In this document: in pieces, positions 7,501 to 14,507 of the stretch
Position numbering within the stretch: position 1 is the first letter of the stretch
Layout: every line of letters starts with the position of its first letter
Source of the DNA: Bacteriovoracaceae bacterium
Lineage (GTDB): Bacteria > Bdellovibrionota > Bacteriovoracia > Bacteriovoracales > Bacteriovoracaceae
DNA length: 15,116 bases
Direction of reading: 5' to 3'
NCBI GenBank assembly: GCA_041586955.1
Contig: JBFGZE010000081.1
Span: 1-15,116 of the forward strand
Notes under the pieces: generated by a model
The model's input: only the letters and a program-made list of their open reading frames with translations
Database searches by the model: none
What the model was told of the DNA's origin: nothing
Translations under genes and position numbers: made by a program

Positions 7501-8511
7501 TTAAAGAAGATTTCCCGCAGGATTATTTAAAACATTTCCAGCTTCGTAATAGGAGAGAGCTACCGATACTGTTTTGTGCCCTGAAAGCGCCATAGTATCT
7601 CCAAGTGTGATTCCATTTTTTCCGCATTCAGTAATAAAGCCAGATCTTAGGCCATGGGCACTAAACTTCTTCGAATCATAGCCGGCTTTAGCTATTAGTT
7701 TTTTCACAATATTGTTAACTGACTTTGCTGATATTGCCTTTTCTTCGAGTTTGTCGCTTCCTTTTCTAATTGCTCTAAAAATTGACCCTTCTTCAATTTT
7801 TATGGCCTCCAAATACGCCTCTAGAAGCCTTCCAGCGAGTCCTAGTATGGGTAGGCTTAGGCCAATTCCCTCCTGGTCGGTCTTTGAGTGAGTTAAATTT
7901 AAAAGATAACCACCCTCAACCTTTTGCAGGTCTTCCCTTTTAATTTGGGCTATTTCTGATCTTCTTCGGCCACCACTAGAAAAACCTACGGCCACTATCG
8001 CTGCATTTCTCATTCCTCTAAGATCATTTGAGCATTGATTAAGAATTTTTTCTAAGATGTCTTTTGTTATGGCATTTGATTTTGAGCGTTGTCCTTTAAG
8101 GGCCCTTGAGGCCTTGGAAAGAACCTTTTTAACGACTTGATCTCTAGTGGGGTTATCTAGGCCTTTCATTTCGTGAAAAGCTGAAATGGAAGCGATTCTT
8201 CTTTTAACAGTGGTGAGTTTATGAGCGCCTAGTTTAGATTTGACTTTTTTGTCCACTAGCTCCTGGTCTATATGTTTTGGAAGCCCTTCAAGGTGTTCAG
8301 CGATGAAAGCGAGAATAGTCTCGATGCTAATTGGCGGATGAAAGCTTTGGCCTTGAGAAATCTCCATCCACGTCTTGAAATAGGCCAAATCTTTGCGATA
8401 GGCCTTTTTGGTGTTTTCGGCGGTGCCTTGGTCGATTATTTTTTTTAATTTTTTTTCAATTTCCAGATCATTTTTAAAAATTCCCGCATTTTTTTCTAAA
8501 ATATCGCTCAT
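7501..8511 (-). CDS. Cre-like tyrosine recombinase (TnpS-type resolvase)
   Basis: N-terminal core-binding domain (AENTKKAYRKDL...TVKRRIASISAFH). Catalytic motifs GGRRRSE, HSKTDQ, HGLR, LSGH, YY. Confidence 0.93.
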   Translation of the reverse strand: MSDILEKNAGIFKNDLEIEKKLKKIIDQGTAENTKKAYRKDLAYFKTWMEISQGQSFHPPISIETILAFIAEHLEGLPKHIDQELVDKKVKSKLGAHKLTTVKRRIASISAFHEMKGLDNPTRDQVVKKVLSKASRALKGQRSKSNAITKDILEKILNQCSNDLRGMRNAAIVAVGFSSGGRRRSEIAQIKREDLQKVEGGYLLNLTHSKTDQEGIGLSLPILGLAGRLLEAYLEAIKIEEGSIFRAIRKGSDKLEEKAISAKSVNNIVKKLIAKAGYDSKKFSAHGLRSGFITECGKNGITLGDTMALSGHKTVSVALSYYEAGNVLNNPAGNLL

Positions 8512-8530
8512 TTTTAACCACCGTTTTTAG

Positions 8531-8555
8531 TTCCGATAATTTAATCTTAACGGAA
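8531..8555. promoter_or_regulatory. Candidate core recombination site (9-7-9 inverted repeat)
   Basis: ttccgataa-tttaatc-ttaacggaa, one mismatch, asymmetric spacer, about 20 bp upstream of the recombinase start. Confidence 0.6.
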
Positions 8556-8572
8556 GCGCTGTTGAGCGTCAA
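8544..8572 (-). promoter_or_regulatory. Sigma70-type promoter of the Cre-like recombinase
   Basis: Minus strand TTGACG (8572-8567), 17 bp, TAAGAT (8549-8544). Confidence 0.55.
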
Positions 8573-8604
8573 GCATTTTTTTACACGAGGCGTCGTGAAA
8601 TCAG

Positions 8605-8940
8605 CTAGTTATGGAAAGCTTGACAATGTGTGTCAATTATGGTATCCTGAAGGGGTAGGCGGGCGGGCTGCCCTTTTCTAATAAAGGCCTCTGGGAAAAA
8701 AACGCAGGCAAAATAAACATCGCCGCCCTTAAGATATCTCGGTACAAAATAGCCAAACCCCATATAGAAATCCAAATAGCCCAAGGGGTCGAGGAATCTA
8801 ATTTCACAAAAATAAAGATAGATCTCAAAAATTTTATCGAGAGAAAGAAGCAAACCTTCCCCACCGTCCTTCTCTCTAATAAACTCGTTAACAAAGCGTT
8901 CGATAGAATCTTCTGAAAAGTTTTGTATTGAGCTATTCAT
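8605..8940 (-). CDS. Hypothetical protein resembling the C-terminal winged helix of D5/P4-type primase-helicases
   Basis: AAAGGAG RBS favours ATG 8940 (MNSSIQ...). DSIERFVNEF...LDKIFEIYLYFCEIRFLDPLGYLDFYMGF resembles the DPxxxFxxE...LYxxYxxWCxxxGxxPL pattern. Confidence 0.55.
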   Translation of the reverse strand: MNSSIQNFSEDSIERFVNEFIREKDGGEGLLLSLDKIFEIYLYFCEIRFLDPLGYLDFYMGFGYFVPRYLKGGDVYFACVFFPEAFIRKGQPARLPLQDTIIDTHCQAFHN

Positions 8941-9090
8941 GTTTGTGCGCTCCTTTCTTTGTTGTTGCTGGTGAGATTTGAACCCATTTCTTTTCAGCAG
9001 CTTTTCTCCACCTGCTGCCGTCTTTTCGAGTGGTGACATGGCCAATGGGAAATGCTCTGCTATTAAGTGTGAATTTGAATTTCATTTTTT

Positions 9091-9669
9091 CTACCTCAAT
9101 AAATGCGCTATGGAGTTGGCGTTATATTTTCTCACTTCCTCTTGGTAGGAGATAAACTCTTGCGCTGGCCCCTGCTTTTTGTTCCGCTCAAAGAATTTTT
9201 TTCTTTCTAATGTTTCTCGAAAGCGATTTAGGGCCAGGACTGCGCACTTAAGGTAACGATTATCATTTTCGGGATTGTAACTTTTGCGCTCCCCCCACAG
9301 GCGGTAAAATTTTTTGTCATCGACAATTATTCTATCTTCTTTCCAGATTCCAGCAATGGCGCTAGATAGCTCCACATCAAGATCGGCGATATTGGCGCTA
9401 AAGGGAATGCCTTCTACCCTAATGCGATATCTCGCATCGCTATCAATCAGTTTCTCTACAAAGACGCTCTCCCTTGGACTGTTCACCACGATGGAGAAGT
9501 CTTTCGACTCAGGCTCAATCTGGGCGGATAATTCTTTTTTGAGGTGGTGAAATGATGGGGCTTCAATTGAATCCTTCAGAACCATTTTGTTTTTTTCAAG
9601 ATGCCAAACCATCATGAGGGCTTGGCTTGAATTACTATTACAGGGGTTAATGGAAATAATTCGCTGCAT
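9091..9669 (-). CDS. Hypothetical protein; probable degenerate terminase RNase H-like nuclease domain
   Basis: AGGAG RBS next to the terL stop. Motif order parallels the TerL C-terminus but lacks the acidic catalytic residues. Confidence 0.6.
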   Translation of the reverse strand: MQRIISINPCNSNSSQALMMVWHLEKNKMVLKDSIEAPSFHHLKKELSAQIEPESKDFSIVVNSPRESVFVEKLIDSDARYRIRVEGIPFSANIADLDVELSSAIAGIWKEDRIIVDDKKFYRLWGERKSYNPENDNRYLKCAVLALNRFRETLERKKFFERNKKQGPAQEFISYQEEVRKYNANSIAHLLR

Positions 9670-9678
9670 ATTCTTCTC

Positions 9679-11340
9679 CTAGCTAAAAATATCACGGTGT
9701 TCGACTTTTGTTGTGACTCTAATGAGCATCTCCAAAGCGTCGGGAAAGTCGTCGCTGTCGGCATGGGGGAAGTCCTCTAGAGTGTTCAAAATTTCCGGGG
9801 AAATGGCGCGATTGAAGATCACTTGCCCATGAGTCACCCGCGGCTCGATTGAAAAGATCCTGCGCTCCTTGTTTTCAGTATTGTGCAAAGGCAGAAAATA
9901 GAGAGGAATGACCTCGCCAATCTCTTGCTGTCTGCGCTCTCTTTCAGCTTCTAGGTTCTCTATAAGCAGTCCTGAGAAATGATTTTTTTCAACTCCAAAA
10001 TTCTGGTAATGAAAATAGTTATTGAGATCAAAGACTTTTCTAACTATTTCAGTGGGGGGCATGCGCCTAAACACAACGTCGTGAATTAGCACCCTATTGT
10101 CGGGGGAGAGAAAACCCGACACTATTGCGGTGTAATCGGACAATTGGCCGGCCTTGCCTCCGCCACTTGAGGGGTCAATCACCCCAAAAGATTTATGCTG
10201 TAATTCTGAAAAGAGAAATTCTGTGCCCGATTCTAAAATCAGGCGTCCTTCAACAAAGTCGTAATAGTGGATCTTGTCGAACACTTTTTCTTCGGCTCCT
10301 AACGGAGACCCTTGCTTTTCCTTAAAGAATGCCCTTTTTCCCTTCTCTATCAACTCCTTGTAGAGATAGAGAAATGGTTCTTTCTGTGGCCAAAGGACCT
10401 CCACTCCCTGAAGCATATCGTCCTTGTTTTCTTCAAAGAAATTATCCGCTTCAATTGATCTCGCTTCAGATTCGAGATCGGTATAGATTTTTGAAAATTT
10501 GTCCCAAAGGTCTGTTCTCTCTGGCCAATTTAGGACTGCTGAGAAAAGTTCTGACTCGTAGGCAGGGTTTTTAGTGAGGTTCATGAGGAGAGAATCTCTG
10601 TGAAGAATTGTTCCGACTAACTCAATATTGGTACTTGTATCCCCCAGATTAGCGACAACTTGCATGAGCCAATCAAACATTTTGATTCTCAGCCTTTCAT
10701 TAAAAACTTCTTCGGAGTGCTCAATGTCATCTAGAACAATCTTGCTTGGTCTGTAATGTCCATACTTCAATCCTCTCACTTCACTTCCTGCACCAAATGC
10801 CATGAATTTGCATGATCCATTCGCGGTGTGAACGACGAACTCTGTTCGGCCAGGTTTTTTAGTGTCAAAGCGTATTCCAAAGTCATTAATAAGGTCCTTA
10901 TTTGTAAGAAATTCGGTCAGGATTTCGAATATTTTTTGGTTACTCTGGACCATGGTATTGGAAAAAATAACGATAAAGTTTTCATAGCCATAACAGGCAT
11001 CGTGCAGAAGCTTGATGAAACAGGCTATGGTTGACTTTGCATAACCCCTCGGCGCTGCCCAAGCAGCTCGAAGACCTCTTTCATTGTATTTTTCTGTATA
11101 TCTACTAAAGAGCTTTTTGTGGAAATTATTAAAAGGATATTTACAATAATGGGGGAAGTATTTTTTTGAAAAAAGCTCTACGTCTGTTGCCATACGAGCG
11201 ATTAGAACTCTTTTCTTGTTATTTTCAGATTCTTGCCGGTCGTAAAAATCTAGAAAATCCTTCTTCGATAGAGCCGATAATTTGACGATAATTTCCGAGT
11301 AGATTCTTCCAACAAAAGAAGCTCCATGAACTATGCTCAT
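9679..11340 (-). CDS. terL: Phage terminase large subunit
   Basis: Walker A AAPRGYAKST, RG motif, Walker B KIVLDDIE, coupling motif GTILH. Nuclease motifs VIDPS, SDYTAI, FGVEKN, KERRI, DDFPDAL. Confidence 0.95.
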   Translation of the reverse strand: MSIVHGASFVGRIYSEIIVKLSALSKKDFLDFYDRQESENNKKRVLIARMATDVELFSKKYFPHYCKYPFNNFHKKLFSRYTEKYNERGLRAAWAAPRGYAKSTIACFIKLLHDACYGYENFIVIFSNTMVQSNQKIFEILTEFLTNKDLINDFGIRFDTKKPGRTEFVVHTANGSCKFMAFGAGSEVRGLKYGHYRPSKIVLDDIEHSEEVFNERLRIKMFDWLMQVVANLGDTSTNIELVGTILHRDSLLMNLTKNPAYESELFSAVLNWPERTDLWDKFSKIYTDLESEARSIEADNFFEENKDDMLQGVEVLWPQKEPFLYLYKELIEKGKRAFFKEKQGSPLGAEEKVFDKIHYYDFVEGRLILESGTEFLFSELQHKSFGVIDPSSGGGKAGQLSDYTAIVSGFLSPDNRVLIHDVVFRRMPPTEIVRKVFDLNNYFHYQNFGVEKNHFSGLLIENLEAERERRQQEIGEVIPLYFLPLHNTENKERRIFSIEPRVTHGQVIFNRAISPEILNTLEDFPHADSDDFPDALEMLIRVTTKVEHRDIFS

Positions 11341-12008
11341 TGGTGGTCACTCTCTTTAAGGTCGAGCAATTCTTCTAGAATCCTTCGATCATTGCTTTCG
11401 TTAATTGTACTTTTAACTGTTTGATCCTGACTGCTCTCAATTAAATCCAACTCCCTTTGTTTGTTCTTGATGTCACTCAAAATTTTGAATGTGCGTGCCA
11501 GTCCTCTTTGCACCTCTTCTGGATCTTTGAACTCTAGGACGAGCCCGTGTTCAGTGGGGGTAATTTTTTTAATAAGTTTTCTAGCGGGCTGAGGTATCTC
11601 TTCAATGCTCTTTGGAACCCAGTTCCCCTTAAAAAAATCCGTGACATCAGTTGAGACAGATCGTGCCAGCTCCAAATTGTTTTGAGCAAAAATCGCAGAA
11701 AAGGAACTGGTTGCGAGTTGGGTCCTCATGGCGATGTACTCCTGAACTGCCTTGCAACTGTTAAGCAAGGCGTACGCCTTTTGTTTTGCCGTTTTCCTAG
11801 GATAGCCTGCTATTATTGCCGCTTCAGTTTCATCGCGGCCTTGGAGCCATTCGTCACAAAAAGCCCGCTGCTTTTTGGTCAATTGAAATTCATCCTTCGT
11901 TAAATCCCGAAGCTCCTCTATTTTGCTGGCCTTTTTTACATTACCCGACACAAATACCCAGGCGAAAACTAGTTGTGGCGGTGCGTCTGGCTGCACAGCG
12001 AAGGCCAC
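11337..12008 (-). CDS. terS: Phage terminase small subunit (true start may be downstream, e.g. GTG 11951)
   Basis: LTKKQRAFCDEWLQGRDETEAAIIAGYPRKTAKQKAYALL...VQEYI is the Terminase_2-type HTH signature. ATGA overlap with terL. Confidence 0.92.
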   Translation of the reverse strand: MAFAVQPDAPPQLVFAWVFVSGNVKKASKIEELRDLTKDEFQLTKKQRAFCDEWLQGRDETEAAIIAGYPRKTAKQKAYALLNSCKAVQEYIAMRTQLATSSFSAIFAQNNLELARSVSTDVTDFFKGNWVPKSIEEIPQPARKLIKKITPTEHGLVLEFKDPEEVQRGLARTFKILSDIKNKQRELDLIESSQDQTVKSTINESNDRRILEELLDLKESDHQ

Positions 12009-12026
12009 ACGCTAAAACCTGCCGAC

Positions 12027-12938
12027 TCACAACAGGTCCGCTACTAAACATAACGAGTTCTCAAAACCAGCTCTTCTCTTATGGTAGTGAATAGTGGTGG
12101 ATGGTTGCTTATGGCCGACCTCCGTCATAATTTGGTAAAGGTCATGGCCTTGCTCGAAAAGATAAGTAATAAAAGTTGCCCTCAATGAATGAGTAGTGAC
12201 ATTAGGAATGGAGGCTAGCGAAGCGTACTTCTTTACGATGGACCCCATTCCTTTGGGCGATATTTTTTTACAAAAGATCGATTGAAAGAAATAATCCTTT
12301 TGCCCAATGCGGTTTCCTTTTTTTCTTTGAAGATTTCGGTATTCATGAACATAGCGGGCGACATCGTCACGTAGGGGGAGAAAGTACTCCGCTCCACCTT
12401 TGCGTTTTATTTTAATTATGATTTTTCCGTTCGTGAAAGAGATTTCTGAACCCTTAATGTTAGCAATCTCCCCTTGCCTCACCCCTGTCGTTAGAAGCAC
12501 TGAGATTAAAGCGATGTGCATTTTATTTTTACCATTTAGGACTTCGTTGAAAAATCTCTTTGCTTCCTCTTGAGACAAAGCTGTCGTTTCTCGCGTTGGT
12601 CTAACATTTCTAATTTTTACACCCAGAGTGGGATTAATTGGAATTATCGACTCTTCTGATAACCACTGAAAAAAGTCCCTAATGCTCGCAAGTTTTCTGG
12701 CAACCGTTTTTTTAGATGCCTCTCCACCGCTCATCCCTCCCTTTTTTTTTGCCTGGGCCAAAAAGGTTTTGAGGTGCCCTTTTTTTACGTCTTTAAAGTG
12801 GCGAATGCCTTCCTGGCTTAGAAACTCACCAAACTGGTTAAGGTCAATTCGCAGCGCCTTGATTGTGTGCTCGTTGTGCTTTTGCCTCAAAAAGCGCCTA
12901 AAGATCTCTAATTCAGAAATTTTTTTTGTCTCTTCCAT
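12027..12938 (-). CDS. XerC/XerD-like tyrosine recombinase/integrase
   Basis: SAM-like N-terminus (HTIKALRIDLNQF...TVARKLASIRDFFQWL...NP). Catalytic motifs TGVRQGE, KRKG, HSLR, VGH...TTIHY. AAGGA RBS. Confidence 0.93.
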   Translation of the reverse strand: MEETKKISELEIFRRFLRQKHNEHTIKALRIDLNQFGEFLSQEGIRHFKDVKKGHLKTFLAQAKKKGGMSGGEASKKTVARKLASIRDFFQWLSEESIIPINPTLGVKIRNVRPTRETTALSQEEAKRFFNEVLNGKNKMHIALISVLLTTGVRQGEIANIKGSEISFTNGKIIIKIKRKGGAEYFLPLRDDVARYVHEYRNLQRKKGNRIGQKDYFFQSIFCKKISPKGMGSIVKKYASLASIPNVTTHSLRATFITYLFEQGHDLYQIMTEVGHKQPSTTIHYHKRRAGFENSLCLVADLL

Positions 12939-13034
12939 GAAATCATCCTTAATAAAAGTCCTTATTCTCCCCTTATAGAAAATATAAAGTAGTGAAGCTG
13001 GAAAATCTGGAATAACAATGTTATTTCTTTTGCC

Positions 13035-13895
13035 ATGTCGAAAAGGCCTTTAAAAGAGCACGAGAAATACTTTAGTAATCTTGAGAAATTATTACTGGAT
13101 GCCTATGGCCATATGCGACCTCCGGAAAAAGATGACTTTCGCCCGTTGATAAAAAAACTATCAAGACTAAACAGAGAAAGAGATGCTGAGGACTATTTCG
13201 ACAACCTAGAGCAATTGCTATTTGAAGCTTACGATATTTTGAAGTTTTGGGATAATGAGTACCACTACCTGCTGTTTAAAACCATTTCAATGCTAAACTA
13301 TGAAAGAGGCACTGAGGATTATTTTGAAAATTTCGAAGACTTTGGTGAGGTCGCGCGTATCCGACAGGAAAATGAGGAGTTCTCATTGTCAAAAAAACGG
13401 TGCCTTGCTTATCTAAAAAAAATCAATGCAAGGCTTGATGAATATAGCTCTCTTTTTCATTTTGATGAAAGTCAATCTGATCCATTTTTTAATCAAAAAT
13501 TGATGTGGATAAGGAAAGTCTATACGAGCTTGGCATCCTTGAATGATTCGTTTGCGGAGAAGTGCATTATTACACATTTTGATGCTTCCCTATATATTGA
13601 TTTAAAACACTTTAATGATACGGTTGCTGAGGTAAACAGAACCATTGCAAGCATCAAAAAAATGCCTATTAATATTCATCTCAACATGGAAATAAAAGAG
13701 AAAGAAACCACAGACGCCCATCGCTTCCTAAAAGAATATCAAAATGCAAAAGTTCTTGAAGTGGAAACAACAAGGAAACGAAAGCAGAGAGCTGCCAAAA
13801 ATGAAAATAATTCACATCACACAGTTGCTACTCTAGCAATGATCGAGTCCGAAATAAAAAATATTTTGTTAAGCTTGCCAGATGATACGAACTAA
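13035..13895 (+). CDS. Hypothetical helical protein with N-terminal 42-aa tandem repeat
   Basis: 286-aa ORF divergent from the recombinase-terminase block; ExYFxN at residues 10, 52 and 94. Confidence 0.75.
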   Translation: MSKRPLKEHEKYFSNLEKLLLDAYGHMRPPEKDDFRPLIKKLSRLNRERDAEDYFDNLEQLLFEAYDILKFWDNEYHYLLFKTISMLNYERGTEDYFENFEDFGEVARIRQENEEFSLSKKRCLAYLKKINARLDEYSSLFHFDESQSDPFFNQKLMWIRKVYTSLASLNDSFAEKCIITHFDASLYIDLKHFNDTVAEVNRTIASIKKMPINIHLNMEIKEKETTDAHRFLKEYQNAKVLEVETTRKRKQRAAKNENNSHHTVATLAMIESEIKNILLSLPDDTN

Positions 13896-14010
13896 TCCGG
13901 TACAGGCTTATCGAAGAACACAACAGCTCTCTGTCTGTGAGCTGGAAATCGCCGCCTCTGCGCCGCAGAAAAATCTTACCACGATACACAAGAAGAGCTG
14001 TAAAAACTAG

Positions 14011-14048
14011 GGGACATTTTTTTATTATTTTTTTTAAAAAAATGTCCC
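14011..14048. promoter_or_regulatory. Perfect 14-bp inverted repeat (terminator or operator)
   Basis: gggacattttttta (14011-14024), 10 nt, taaaaaaatgtccc (14035-14048), followed by a T run. Confidence 0.55.
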
Positions 14049-14110
14049 TTTTTATTCTACGGCATAAGCCCTAGGCTCGAACAACAACATTGTTAACGAG
14101 GAAGGACAAA

Positions 14111-14329
14111 GTGTACCCACTAGAAAAAGAACTATGTGAAGATGAGTTATTAAAAAGAAGAATTCGTGTCGCCCTTGCTTCACGGGAGATGACCCAGATT
14201 TCTCTATCTAAGAAAGTTTGCATTCAAGAGGGGCGGTTATCAAGAATTGTTAATTCTCACGTTGTGCCATCCATTACCGAAAAAAGAAAAATTGAAAAAG
14301 AGCTAGGCCCAATCTGGAGCAAGTTGTAA
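14111..14329 (+). CDS. XRE/Cro-family helix-turn-helix regulator
   Basis: AAGGA RBS before GTG 14111; RIRVALASREMTQISLSKKVCIQEGRLSRIVNSHVVPSITEKRKIEKELG. Confidence 0.85.
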   Translation: MYPLEKELCEDELLKRRIRVALASREMTQISLSKKVCIQEGRLSRIVNSHVVPSITEKRKIEKELGPIWSKL

Positions 14330-14444
14330 GAATTTAAATGCGGTTTTGCATGCCTTTCGCACAATACGCCGCAATAGGTACGATAAAAAAAGGATTTTAT
14401 TTATCGCTCTTAAATAACGTATTTCATGACCTGTAATGTTTTTT

Positions 14445-14473
14445 TGGACATTTCGTATTTAATAGACTTTAAT
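14445..14473 (+). promoter_or_regulatory. Possible parA promoter
   Basis: TGGACA, 17 bp, TTTAAT upstream of the parA RBS. Confidence 0.3.
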
Positions 14474-14507
14474 ATTGTTAAACACGAAACCGCATAGGAG
14501 ATATTCA

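Noticed and set aside
11337..12008. pac or cos site within or near terS
   Set aside because: Expected from phage biology, but no sequence signal could be identified by eye.
12027..12938. Calling this gene chromosomal xerC or xerD
   Set aside because: Mobile-element context and divergent C-terminal motifs; only family-level assignment is supported.
4931..12978. Track ORFs antisense to or inside longer genes (4931, 7108, 8637, 9314, 10125, 10329, 10828, 11682, 11816, 12682)
   Set aside because: They overlap motif-supported genes and have no independent support.
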